From: Tubiluchus corallicola
Lineage: Eukaryota; Animalia; Priapulida
Direction: 5' to 3'
Assembly (NCBI GenBank): GCA_030141605.1
Contig: JAQGDQ010002368.1
Location: forward strand, 558,001 to 622,000
Length of the DNA: 64,000 bases
In this document: positions 35,001 to 50,000 of the stretch, piece after piece
How the letters are laid out: each line of letters opens with the position of its first letter
Numbering within the stretch: the stretch's first letter is position 1
The notes under the pieces: model-generated
The model's input: the letters and a program-made list of their open reading frames with translations, nothing else
The model's database searches: none
What the model was told of the DNA's origin: nothing
Made by a program: the position numbers and the translations under genes

Positions 35001-38000
35001 CATTTGCAAACCATAACAGCTTTTCAGAATGTACAATTTTGTACAAACAGACAAAAACAATGCTGTAATAACATCTGCATCAATTAAGTGGACATTATGC
35101 AAATTAAGCTTGATATACCAGTTAAAACCACAAACCATCTGAAGCTATGAAGCTGAAATTAGAAAGCCATTTTGCAATAGATATTCACTTATGAATATCA
35201 AATTTATTGTAATACCCAGTATAAAACATTAAATTATAGTTTAAGGACGAACAGAATGCTAAAAAATCATCAGCAAAAAACTGAAGGCTTTCTCATAACT
35301 TTTCACTATAGAAAATAACGTTCAACTTCTGTGCAAGTTCAACTGATATTTTCTGTCATATTATGGCACACTAAGTTTGTTTACAATAAAAAGATAGGCA
35401 AACAAACTAGCACATTGGAGCAGATCGATCTCTAGCCGATAATGCTCTAATATCTGCAATAGGAACGTGGATGTTAAAAGTTTCTCCTGAAATAAATTTT
35501 CACTTTGACTACACCTAAAATAAACTTTGATTGAGCCTTCTGTTATTAGCACAAAATGAATGGTAACAAGCACTTATGGTCATTAGTTTATGCAGTTTCT
35601 TCAAAAGGTCTATTTCATTTTCACCATGCCATTTACATACAAGTGCCACAACTTTTAAGTGCTGACTGAGCCATAAAACGTACGAGTTTGACTAAAACAG
35701 GTGTTTCATACATGTAAAATGCAAATATTTTCAAGTTCAAGCTCTGTGCCTGTGAGGTTGTTACCAAACTATCACATGTTTCTTTCGCATCTGCAATTTT
35801 ACATGAAACATCTTTACCAGTTATTTTTTTCACCGTGAAGTGTTTTTTGATGTGCGTTTAAAAGCCCAAATTGCTGTCGGGACTGAAATATGTTGTTGAG
35901 TAAATTATACGAAGCTGACCCTAGCAAATGATAAACTAAAGGTATTAATAATAAAACAGAAGCTATAAACACAAAACTAGTATACAACTAGTACTTTACT
36001 GAAGGACAAAAATGTCATAATTATAACTGTAAAAGAAGTCAATAAGCGTCTTATTTAAAAGCTAATGTCATAATTATATCGTATTTTGACTTCTCACAGT
36101 CACAACATAATTACTGTTGCAGCAATTCTAATACCAACATATCAGCTTGGGTCTGAAATCGGATCGGATCGGCCAACAGCAATAGGTAAAAATAATCGGT
36201 ATCGGATCGTAACACAGATTCCCATATCGGCACATCTCTGGTTTAGTCTAGTCTAGTCTAATCTAATGCAATCAATGCTGAACATATAAGATGAATTTTA
36301 CTCAATCAATGTTTACCTCATCAACTTCAGGAGCTGCAGGTTTATCCGATCCTATTGATGTTACTGACATTCCACGAGAAATCTGTCGACTTAACACTCT
36401 TTTTACAGACACATGGCTCTCAGAACGAGTTTTAGGAGAACCAGAAAGATCAGTATATGATATAACGGCTGCTTCATTCTCTTCAATGTCTTCCAAACCT
36501 TCGCTCTTAAAAAAATTAAATCAACCTCAGAAAAATTCTGAATTAGTAAAGCTGCACAGAATACAGACCATAAAGTTTTGAAGTAAAGTTCAACTCAAAT
36601 GACACAAAAACAACAACGTCCAGAAAAGCAGCAATTTGTGTAAAGTCCCTCGACCAAAAATTATGTGGATGGTTTCAATAAAAATTTTCAGTTACTAGCT
36701 TACCTGTGCCATTACTAAGTGATAGTAGACTCCACCCTTTTTCATTAGTTCTGCATGACTACCTTCCTCAACTGACACACCCAATTCAATAGGCACAATC
36801 TTGTCAGCATTTTTAATGGTTGAAAGTCGATGAGCTATCACAACTGTAGTGCGCCCCAATCGTGCCTGTAAAACACAAGTTTGGATCAAACCCACCATAC
36901 CAACTAAGGCCCTGGCAACTACTAATCAGAACAGAGCTGATAACACATAACTCTGAATGGTACAGAATCGACTTTTTAGTGGATTGTTAAAATGCCTTAC
37001 ATTATCCAATGCTGCTTGCACAGTAGCTTCACTCTCTGTATCTAATGCTGATGTGGCTTCATCTAGCAGTAATATCCGAGGATTACGAACAAGAGCTCTA
37101 GCTATAGCAATTCTTTGCTTCTGACCACCAGACAGTTGTGCACCTCTCTCTCCGACTAGGGTGTTGTATTTCTAAATAAACCACAACAAATGTTAATATC
37201 AGTTATGAAGACACACTGTGTAAAATTTTGATTGTTTACATAGCTGCACACTATTATGTACACCCCAATTACTTGCAGAATCAAGTTAACATTTCGTCAG
37301 TCAGAATCAAAGCACAATCTAAGTACTGTAAATTTGAGCCAAAGGGCGAAGGCTGCTATATGTAAACATGACAAGCTAAATTCAGTTTTAGGCAAATCCA
37401 AAGGGATTTGTGTGCTGTTTTTAATAAAGCACTACCAACACAACTTAATAGTAATAATAAAAGTCAATTGTCAGCTAAATTGGTATAGTTCAACTTTTCA
37501 TTCATGCCACAAGTTTTTGAATGCAAAAGCGACTTTTTGACACAAAGGCAGACAAAATAAAACCTGAAATTAGTGTACATGACAACAAATCCTTTCTTAA
37601 TAACACAAGAGGCAAACCACGGAAAGTTTTCTCTTTTAGATATTTTATAATCTGATGATTTTAGGATGAAGAAAATGATACCTGTGGCAACTTCATAATG
37701 AAGTTGTGAGCATTTGCCTCCCGGGCTGCATCCTCTATCTGAGTTTGCGAAACTCCATCACGTCCATAGCGAATATTCTCTCCAATCGTAGTGCCAAACA
37801 ATACAGGCTCTTGGCTGACGATTCCAATATTATCTCTTAACCATTTTACGTTCAGTGTTTTTATATCTCGCCCATCCAACATCACCTATAACATGATGGC
37901 CAGTTATGACATTGCAACAAAACCATGAAAAAATCATGAACTTTCTAAAGTTTGAGAAATCCTTTGACAATCATTTGCATTACATCTGTATGTCAGCAGC

Positions 38001-41000
38001 CCATCAACTGCTGAGGGTGCCCATCAACTGCTGAGGGATTTCCAGGTTTCCAAACAGCTCTTTATATTAGAATGAAAGATATAGCTAAACAATGCTTCAT
38101 TGTAAAAAGGCCAAAATAAAATATCAGCAATAAATGACTCAAATTTGATGAAACTCACAATAGCAATAATAAAGACTCTGATTGTATAATAGTAAAAGTA
38201 ACAATACCGAACCATTGATGGTGTCATACAATCGTTGTATGAGTTGCACAACTGTACTTTTTCCACAACCACTTGGACCTACCAGTGCCACGGTTTGTCC
38301 ATTCTCAACTCTCAAATTCAGACCTTTCAGCACCTGAGGCACAAAATAAAATTTGTAGTTTAAAGTTTCATTTTCTCAATAACTCTCAACCCAATAATAG
38401 CAAAAGGGTTGTGCAAAAATTAAAAAAATGAAACCAAACCAAATCCAAACTGAAACTTTCTAAATATTGTAATGGAAATTTTGCAAGCATCTGAAGTAAA
38501 TTTACAATTGCACAATGTCGGTCTGAGCCATTTTAAAGGCTCATCATAAATGCAAATGGACTGACTTGCCAAAACGTGAATTAGCTGTGTTCAATCTACT
38601 ATAATAATGAAATTATGGGGTCTTTACAAAGTAAACCGTGGACTGAAACTGTGGCTCAGTGGTCAACTGGGCTTGGTTTTTGCACATCCCTAATTAGTAA
38701 TGTACAGGTAGTTAAAAACAGTACAATGGCATACTGATGCACAAGTCATGACATAAAATCACAAAAATGGTAAATCGAATGCTAACAGGAAATATTTTGA
38801 ACTTCTAAAGGAAATATTTTGAGCGAAGAAAGCTTTAACAACTAACCTTTACATCAGGCCTAGACGGATACTGAAAATGCACATCCTTAAATTCAATATT
38901 CCCTACAATATTGGAAGGTTTTTCACCTGATGTAGATTGTGAATCTATGACTGGAACCTATAAATAATAACACTGCCATTATAACTACTAATGAATTAAA
39001 AAATATATCACTGTCAGCAAAGCAACATTCATCACATGCAGTATACTTAACCTAAATAATACTTTTGAATGTTGATAAGCTAAATCACTTATGAGACTGC
39101 TCAGTCATTGTTAAAATGACATGAATTAGCTTAAACTATAGACATTTGCACACGCACTCTATAAATTTTGACATTAAGGAATGCATTAGTCTCAACAGAC
39201 ATCATTTTGATTTTTGGGAGACAATACAATATACATTTCTAAAACCACAAAAATACTGCCAACAACATCATTCTGGTAACTGGGAATATTAGTTACAACA
39301 TAAAAATACTTGCAACAAAAGTCATTAATAAATTAATGATTCACAAGACAATCACAACATCTTTGCAACTCAAGATATTACAGCAAGCCCTGCAAATATA
39401 GTCATAACACTTTAATCATGTCTCAGTGAGTATATGTGGTCAGTATAAGAGAGAACTTTTGTAAATGAAAAATAATTTGTAATAAAGTGGTAATAAAAAT
39501 ATCCTATATGAAATGGTATGACAATACAGATCAGTAAGCACTACCTGAATGACTTATCAAGAAGGAACATAAAGTTGCAAGAATTGTCTCACAGATGAGT
39601 TAAAAAAGTGAAGTACATAATTATTTTGAAATATTTTTGAATGACAAAAATCAGCTCCAACTGACACTCTTTAACTTAAAACTTTGATTTGCCCACCCAT
39701 AATTATCACCACACCACATATCGGGTATCTGGGGCTATTATACGAAGAAAAAATGAAATTGCTTAGAAATTACCATACTGGATTAACCATAGGAATGTGC
39801 ATAAATGCCAGAAGTCATTCCCTTAGATTCTTTTAAAGAAACAGAAATTTAAATCAGCAAGTCAAAAAAACAAATGCCATAAAATATTTTGTATATCTCC
39901 ATTGTTAAAATTACAAGTGCTCACATGTCCATCATTTTCAATGCAAACTAGATGAAGGCATTTTTTTCCAACAGCCGATATACCTATTACTTCTTTATGG
40001 AATATCTAGTTCCAGCACTTAACAATTTTTGCTTTCAATTTTTCTGTATCAAACATCTCTGTGCAACTTTGGGTACACTCTCTTTCAGGAATTTCAGATA
40101 CCACAGTCCAGAGGATTAAGTCCCATTTTTTCCTAACAACTTGACAATAAATCTTTATTGGTGTGTTATCTTTTGTGGTGAAAACCAAGATGTAAACTGT
40201 TTAATTTCTTTGTTGTTTTGCTGCAATTTATTGAATGCTTTATACATGAATGTGATTGTTTTTTCAATTGATGAATAGCTGATATTGTGCATTTAAATTT
40301 TTAACATACAAAAGCTTTTCGGCTACAACTTAAACTTAAACATCGCTAAAGCCAGTGGTTCCCAAAGTAGGGGTAAATTACCCCCCGGGGGTAATATGGT
40401 TTTTTTGGGGGGGTAACGGGCACCCCTCCGAAAATTTTTAAAACTTCGCTCGGAATGCATTTTACGTAGTTTTCTTCCAAAACAATACAACAACAACACC
40501 TGGAAATTTATTTATGTCACGAGCAAACATAAATAATTTTGCTTGCTTGTGGCATATACGTGTGTTTGCTTTTTGAGTTGGAGATGTAGTACTAGGTGGG
40601 GGGTAATGGACACGACCGGGTTTCCCGATTTGGGTAACGGTCCGAGAAAGTTTGGAAACCACTGGCTAAAGCCAAAAATATGTAGCTCTCACAGGCAAAA
40701 GTTAATGTATTGTAACACCATGAAATTTCAACTTTTTAAGGCACTTGCTTCTAATGTTATTGCAGTCTCAACATTGGCCCATTTCTTCTGTGCCACCAAA
40801 AATATCTTAACTACTTCTCTAACATTGCAATTAGAAAATCAGGAAACTTGTCTAATTTATCAGCCACAAAACTTAAGTATTTAAAAACAATTTAGATTAA
40901 TTTATTAAGCTTCAAAATGGTAAATCTGGAAAACAGAAAATGTAAATTTCTGGAAATAACTTAACACACCGTGTCTATTATCTCATACACTTTTGAAGCT

Positions 41001-44000
41001 GCACCTCGTGCATTAGCAAAATCTGACAACGGAGCTGCTGCATGGCCCATGGCAAATGCGCCTATCATGACAGCAAAGAATACCTGAAAAATTACAGTTA
41101 GTTTATTAAACTATAAAATAGGTTGCAAATGAGGCAAAAGAAAAATGAAGCTATTTTAAATTAGCTCACTAATTTTCAAAATCATAACATGGTTTACAAA
41201 ATTCAGTTTCACGTACATTACAAAAACTAACAAAAATATAACTCCTCGGTGATTTTAATCAGATTGATAAATCCAGCATGAGAGAACAATCTGACACTAT
41301 TCTTCTGTCAATGAATTTGTCATCTTTCACAAAATGAGCAAGTTAACTTTATACCGTCATAAGTGTACCAGCTGTGTATTCCGGATCTTCTCTTACAAGT
41401 CTGGAACCATACCAAAACGCCAAAGAGTAAACGCAGAAAATAAGCATCCATGTTAAGCCAAGCCCTGTTCCAGTAGTTAACCCTTTCTGTATTCCAATCT
41501 TCTTTGCATCAGCTAAATTTTTTTCATATCTGCATCCAGAAAGCAGAAAACATGTTGAATTTATATACTTACAACAGTATAGTATACATTTAAAAATAAT
41601 TACTTTCAGCACAGCATGATAAAACGAAGTCAATTTTGCAAGGCATTACAAATGTAGGCCAATTTCTTATGAATGGTAGGACAACAAGGTTATCAAGTGT
41701 ACATAGTCAAAGCAGAATTTTGTAAAATCACGTATTTCATTTAATAATGTGTCTAATTTCGGCATTTTATTAAAGAAACACAAAACAAAGACAGCAATGG
41801 CACCTCAGGAGCTTAACCATACTGCTGGCTAATCTTCAACGAGGTAAATGACATTACATGTATATATATATTCCTTAATTGTTCAAAGGCGTTAAGCTTT
41901 TCTCATCCAGAAACAGATTTTTTTGTAATAAATTTACAGGGATATATTGAAATTATACAAGAGAGAAAGTCTAATATGCATTTCTGTCTTTTTCTGAAAA
42001 TGCAAGTAAAGCCTGCATATAGGTCTTGATGTAATAATTTCATTAATTTATAGTCAGAATCATTTTAACAAAATTTAGCATTTCCTTTACCTGTGTCAAA
42101 TCCAGATTATTAAAACAAGAAAATGCTCTTTTTTATAAGTTTCAGATTAGAAAGCCTCTTTCATAATATTTTGTTACTTCTTTTAACCATCTATTACTTT
42201 TAAAGATAGTCTTAATTACTACTACTTTACTAATTAATACAACATTATCTACCATGCCAATATGGCACATCATCTCAAAGAAGTTTGCATGCCGAAGCAG
42301 ATCAGGCTACAGTTAGACAAGGTGTCAAAAACATCTTTAGAACGAATGTACCATATGGTCCTTGCTTTGCTTAAAGTTTCTTACACATAGTAATAGTGCT
42401 TTAAAAAAAGTATAAAATTTTGAGACAAGAGTACTTAGTTAAGCATCTACTTGTAAATAAAACATCCTAAATAATTTATCTAAGAAGCTATGTAGCACCA
42501 TAGGTTTTTCGAAAATACGAGTGAAAATATATATTCACCCACCTTTCAGCTTCTTTGCGTTCTCCACCAAATGCTACAACAGTTCTTATTGACATGAACA
42601 CTTCTTCTGCTATTGCTCCAGCTTTCGCATAAGCGCTTAACTCTCTACTAGTCATTTCAGTAGCAAGCTGAAAACATGAAAAACCATAAAAACTGGAAGT
42701 CTCACTTATTAGACATACCTAATAAACATGGCATTATTATAAACCATTCAATGTACCTGAGATTTTTTTAATTGCTACAAAAAGCCGCACTTGTACAAAA
42801 CTAACCAACTGATGGCTTCAGAGTAGTTCATTGAAATTTTGAACTTGGCGGCAACTGTATAATAAAAAAGAAAAGCAATAATAGCTTCTATTGCTAACCC
42901 GCAATGCATAGTTACAACTCTAAATTAATTACAAGTTGACCTATGAATTGTAGCTTTTTGTTTCCTGCAAAATCAGCTGAACTAGAGACTTGTCAGCCAG
43001 ACGACAGACATGCTTCTTTCACCTTTTGCTTTAAACTTACTTGCACGTGGCTTTATATAAGTACCCATTCACAGATATTTAATTACCTAATGAGTTTTTC
43101 ACTCAACCTACGAATTTGTCAATGCGCTTTACTCAATAAATCATGATTTCGTATTAAATATTTCCTTCAAAATAAATCGTGCGAACAATTTTCATTAAGC
43201 CTTAGTCTACTAATATTATCCTTCTTTTATCTAGCAGCCCACAAAACCTTTGCAATGAATTTATTAATAATAAGAACACTTTTATTTGTAGCAAAAATTT
43301 GCTTATATTGAATACAATTGTAACTTCTTATCTGATGCCACCTACTATCTCCCATCCTCAAGAAATAAAAAAGTATTGGAGTAAAAATACAATATCGACA
43401 GAAAATAATTACATTTGCTAAAACTTCATAAGACGTAATTTCAATAAACATTCAACAAAAATTCAAGTAAACCATTTCAAACACGTTGTGGTCAGGTACA
43501 CGACTTATCACTTTGACCATACAAATTACACATAATCACACTGTTGTTTGACATAGTGATATGTATAAGTACACAAACAAACTATATTTTCGTACATGTT
43601 AACTACAATGCATTTGTTATATGATATGTGTAAAATAACAATAATAATTTAAAGGCAGAAATATTTTTTGTCTTTCCTGACACATACAACACAATAAATT
43701 TCATTTTACAAAATTGCAATCAGCTTGTGAACTCAACAGTAGTACTATAATCTAATAAAGAGCATCTGAACTTCTATCCCTGCATTTTTTAACTGGGATG
43801 GCCCGTAAATTCAATCAAGAGTGTTGATGTTCAGAAGTTAAAATATTACAAAGATAACCACTGAAATCATACCTTAGACATGAAGCCAGCTGCAATAGCA
43901 AGTAAAGGACTGACTGAGATAATGACCAGACTAAGCTTCCACCCCTTGACAAAGCCAATTATAAATCCTGTTAGACAACAGGTAGTCCATTGTACAAATA

Positions 44001-47000
44001 TTCCCAATTTGTCTCCCATTCCAGCCTGCATTTTTGCTACATCACTGAAATTATGCAAAATCAAAATTCAATGGTGATTTTGCTAGGCAATTTATTAGTA
44101 ATTTTAGGGTTCCTGTGCAACAGATAAAAATTCAGCGCTAGCAAGCAAACTTTAACAAAGTGCTACCTATTGCTGTTAGAAAGTCTTTAAATACCTTGGT
44201 TATGTTCCTTTTTAAATGGCAGGGAAATGTGTAAAAATTAATGACAGATTTCTTGAACCATTTAGGCTTCATAGTGAAGTCTCATTAAGGATCTATGGCA
44301 CTCAAAATTATAATTAATGAAATTGTCAGTCACTACAGTCTGATATTGTTTTAAAGGACGCAAATTTTCCCATAGTAGACCATGAGAAGCTATTTAAAAC
44401 AAACTTAAAGTGCGATATTTAAGTTGAAGATTTTAATCTAAAAAGCTGTTAGCAGATTGTTCATTTTAAGGCTTCAGAGATGTTCAGAGGCAACGAATAC
44501 AGATAAAGTTAAAGCATATATTACACACAATTGTCCCAATTAATTTAGGCAGTTGCTGCCTGGCACTCTAGTATTGTTGCTTTACAACCTAAAGAACTTG
44601 AAAAATGTCAACAAAGGGTGTGCAGAATGTCACAGTCTGTCAAGACAGAAAGTATCAAAATGCACCTGCTCATTTAAAACTGGAATTACTGAAAGAACGG
44701 CAAACTGAACTGTATTTAAAAATTCGAAGCAAATTAGAAAATTCAAGGCATGGCAATTTAATTCCAGCAGCAAGAGAACAAGCAGGCCTAAGATCGACTA
44801 GAAAGAAAGAAAAATATATTGAAGCAAAATAAGCAAAATGTAGAATTGATAGATGTTATACATCACCTTTACAATATTTAACTAGATTACTCAACGGCAA
44901 ACATTAAAGAAAATCAAGTGAAATTGTTTGGAAAATTTTATTAATTTTTTTTAATGGCTGACATGCATAACTCGTATTTGAACTGATATATGATTGTTTC
45001 TTTCAAACATGTACTTTTATGAAAGCTGTGTGGAAAATTAATATTGTTTAGCAAATTATTGTAGCCTTTTAATTTTATTTATTTACTTTACAATCTGTAA
45101 ATACCACAGTAAAATTCAGTTTTTTAACTGTAATCAGGGTTTGTTTTAATAAACTTACTTACTTACTTATTAATAGCTTCAAATTGCAAAATATTTTCTT
45201 TGTAAAAAAATAATGCCAAATTTTGAAACAGTCGGCACTTTTACCCTTCGAAATAGGAATGTGATGGCAAAAAACAAACAAACAAACATGAGCTTAGTGA
45301 TATGGATATAGACCAGAAAGGAGAACAGCATTTTAACTAAACAGTAATTTTTAGTTAACTACCGAGATTGTGCAAAAAAAAACAATAGCTTCCCAAAATA
45401 AAAGCAACTGAAAGGCTTACGAATCGTCAAAGATGAATCACTCACTAGCCCTCAAAATACAGCAATTAAGAAAAATGGTTCCCACAAAAAAGACAAGCCT
45501 TTCTTTCTGCCACATCTCTACATACACTTTCAAGAAATAAAAACAACATACTCAGATAATCTAGTGCTTAAACCACCAGAATGATGAATGTCAAACCATC
45601 CTATCTGTTGCCGCATGACGGCCTCAAAAAACTTCACTCGAATCACATTTATTTGCCTTTCAGCTGCCATAGCCCAGAATGAAACCTGTCATAAAATACA
45701 AATTTATTTCAAGGCATCCTAAATCACAAATAGACTTTTTAACAATTACTCTACAATTATTGCTTACATTTTTATAATTAAAGATCCTGATTATAATTAT
45801 ACTACCATCTGTACCTATAAGTATACTATTTCTTTATGAAGATAGATAAGAACAGACTAGATGACATCAGTAAGCTGATGCAGTCTTGGGTATGCTGACG
45901 AAAAATAGTAAACGTAAAAGTACAGCAAACTAAACATTTTTGCTACTTTAATAAAATAAAGTAATCTTAATATATCTAATTTATCTATTGGCAATTAAAC
46001 AGGCACCAAATTATGGATAAGCTTGTTCAATCTTAAGAAGTGCTAGTGTAACTCTTGATGTGCACCTGCATGTAGCCAAAAAGTAAAACACCCGCTCCAA
46101 TGGCGGCATAGTAAATGGAGAACATTCTCATCTGATCCATCAATGCATCTGAACCACAAATTTCATCCGGCTCATACGGTAGCTGACTGGTAAGATTTGC
46201 TGGCAGAGTGTCATACAACGAAGAATTTAGAAACTTATCCACACATGAACAATCATCTGCTGCCAGATTACATCCAAAAAGTTCGTTAAACCATTCTACA
46301 GATCTAAGAATATACAAAAATGCATCAATGTTTAACTGAAAGCCCAACTAAAACAGAAATGTCTGAGAAAATGAAAATTGAGAAACGGTACTGCTGCGTG
46401 ACATTGGCAATGAAGGACAAAGCCTCGATAAATTTTTAGTTCACAGTTTTAAATTTCAATTTTATCCAACGCTAATGTGTGATTTCACAAAATTGCCTTG
46501 GCATTATGACTGGGTTTAGCTTCTGCTACTCCAGTATAGCACTTACTTTTGCACAATGAGTTTCCATGAGGCAGGCACTTTTGTCTAACTAAACAGGTAT
46601 TGGCGATATGATGCAATACTAAAATTAGATTTCACAATATTTCTTAAGCATAAGTCATTCTTAGAAAACAAAACATTTTTTCTCTTTTAGCATTTTAGAA
46701 TGTAAATTATTTATGTAAATGTAAGAATGTAAGTCATTTATCTATATAGCATGCTGATACGAAGTGCTTCAGTATTAAGATATAATTGTTTGGTGATAAT
46801 TACAACTGGCAAGCAAGAAATAAGTTAATGCATCATTTTTGGACGATGAAGTAATAATTTAATAAAAATGTAAAGTCTGTCAAAATAGCATGAAGTCTCT
46901 TCTATGGTTACAGTTATTTTATTATAGTAATTATAACTATACATTATAAGGACTAAATTGCTTACCTCTCACCTCTTTATTTGATGTTTTTAAAAGTATA

Positions 47001-50000
47001 ATAATTAGCACTCATACAGCACACATAAGTGTAGCTGCAGCCTGCTCTATAAAGATGTGTATCAAATACCTGTTGCGCGATTCAAGACCTTCGACCAAAT
47101 AGTCTACTAAATTTGGCCATATTTCATTTAGTACAAAGGAGTCAGTCATATCTCCAAAAACAATAACCATCAAAGGTAAAGCTGCTCCATGGCATAATGC
47201 TCCAAAAGTGCCCAAAAACATGAACAACTTGTCCCACACATCAGCAAAACGAAACTATAACAAATTACAAAAAAAAAACACAAATAAAAGCTTGCTAGAC
47301 ATTATTTATTATTTTACTTGGCCATTTTATGCAACAAAGTTAGCAAATACAGGGAAAATTTTACTTTAAAAATGATTAGCGGTAACTGCTAATCAAAATC
47401 TATTTTGTATAGTAAGTTTTTTGTGCAGCATTTTTCAAAACAAGTAACTGTTATTACTTCTGCTTGCAAATTCGCATTTATTATGATAGGTTAATACTAC
47501 ACACATTAATGCAATAAAAAATGCAAAAAACAATAATTGATCTAGAAACATGATTATAAAATTATTTAAGATCGTTCTGTGAGGATCTTAAGGCGATTTT
47601 AAAAAATTTCGTAAATTTGTAATGTTCGAAGACCTTTTCAAGTGTTTCTGCACTTTTGTAAACAAATGGCAACAAATGCACAGCAATCAGCTGAAATTAC
47701 GTAGCAAAATGCTATGGGCTACCACATAACATTTTCACTGCAAATACACGAGACAATCACAAGCGCTTACACATAACTCTATAGAAGTCTCGCTCTTAAC
47801 CAGTGCATTTATAAAATAGTAGAAAACTAATGACATTGATTTACACTTTCTTTATAGGCAATACATTGTCCAAACTAGAAATTTACAATATTTTTTATGA
47901 ACAATATACCTATTGTATATTTCAATTATTTAGTTATGTACACAAGTTTAAAAACACACATAGTAGAACATTTTCTTAATTTGTTTGGTGTCGCAACACC
48001 TCCAAAATCTGTAGAACTAAAAGAGACAGTGTCCTTAGATTGGGTTAGAAACATCTAATACTAACAGTTACTATCCTAGCACTAAGCAGAATTGACACTG
48101 CACTATTTTAGACCTCTTCTAACTGACATATGAGCTACAGTTATTAAATGTGTTACAGTGAGCATCAAAACTTTTCTATTCAACACGTAAATGTTTAGTG
48201 ACACACTAAAGAGTAAGTGCAATAAATATGCATCATAGTGATTAACCTTTGCATCATTTAATAAATATGTACATGTCCAAATAAGTTGGAAGTTCTCTAC
48301 GATTTTTGTACAATGTGATCCGTAAAAAGTAATGAATTGTACATCTTGATGAAAGTGACCATGAATGTCCCTAACACTAGAATAATTCTTATTTAGTGGT
48401 TTATTTATTTTATTAGGTTACTCAATTACAGTTGCAAAATTTCATAATATTCTAAATGGCTTATACTAGGCACCATTGGATTTTTGCAATTATTGTAAAA
48501 ATTAAATCACAGTAGTAATCAAAAACATAAAAACTGCTCAATGCTCACTTAGGAAACGTTTTTCAACCTAAAATATAAGGCCAGATAGCTACAAAATGTT
48601 TCACCAAATACAATAATTCATTTAGCATTACAAACAGAGAAGCTTAACTAAAGAACGTTAATGATGTCTTTAGTTTTATAATTGAAATATCGATAACTAG
48701 TTCATCAGTTTCCCTACTTAAAAACATGGGTGTCTGTGATGACGAAGATGTGCTGCACATGTTTCCATGCGTACAGGGTGCCCAAAGTGAAACAAGTCAC
48801 AATGACGTTTGTTCAATGACTGTACTACATTGTTACTGTTCTCCCATGTTGTCATCACTCTTCAGTTGAAATTTATTTTTTGCAAATGGCAAGCAAATTG
48901 ATGCCACCCTGATGTGTTCTGACCAGCGAGTTTTCTCTTCAAGTAACTTGCCAAGCAAATCGTAAGCGAATTCAGACTAAAGAGCAAAACTTACTGTCAG
49001 ACACTCACTTCTCTATTTGCTGACAGAAGGGTTGAGCGTAATTCACAGAGGCATTCACACTAAACAGTAACTTTAAAGAAATCAATTCGTAGCAACTGTC
49101 AGGGAGCTTGAAATTTCTTGCTGACTGTAACTCACAATGTAGAACTTTCACACTTGTGAGTTTACTTTCAAAAAGAAAACTCACTAGTCTGAATGCACCA
49201 TTGGCAAATGAAACTAACAAAAGTTGTCCTACAAGCTAGTGACTTGGCAGTCATTGTCAGTTCTCTTTTACTTTTTGAAAGGGGCAATTAGAACAATTAA
49301 GACTAGGGATATAATTAGATTTAGACTGCCATAACTACAAGCACATAAAACGAAAATGTATATTTACCAAATGAAAAACCCCCACTGGCACCACGTCTTC
49401 TTTTTTTTCTTCTTTTTCTTCCTTGTCGTTTTCTTTTTCAGCAGGAGTCCCAGAAGGAGCCACCTTTCCGGGCCCATTTTTTAAAGGCATCTTTTCCGGG
49501 GTGCTGAAAAGACTGCTCGTCTGAGAAGGGGTGTTAATAGGACTGCAAATAAGTGACATCATTAACACGATGCAGGCAAATTTACTGTTTGAATCACAAT
49601 ATTCAAAATGATTAGTTTTGATCATTTTATCAAAAAATTCTTGCAGTTAATTAATTATGAAGCACACTTTCTTTAGTTTAAAAACTTTTTCAAAACTTTT
49701 TAATTTAGTATAGTTTACTCACTAATTGCTAGCAGTATCGTACAATGTAAGTGGAAGGGCTGAACATACACAACCATTAATTATATGTACTTCAAACTCT
49801 TTCTTTTAAGCTTTATTTCAATTGTACCATTTAGGTTTATAAGTATAGTTGAATTTAATTTACAGTTGCGAATTTGTTATACTAATTGCTTTTTACTAAA
49901 TTTCATATATATCATGCATGACAAATAAAGATGACTATTATTTTATGTATGTATTATTTCAATAAATCGCGCTTTACCTGTAATTAGAGCCATTCATCAA

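Noticed and set aside
36150-36240. hAT-like right end ATCGG repeats...GCACATCTCTG
   Set aside because: Matching left terminus could not be located, so the element bounds are unsupported.
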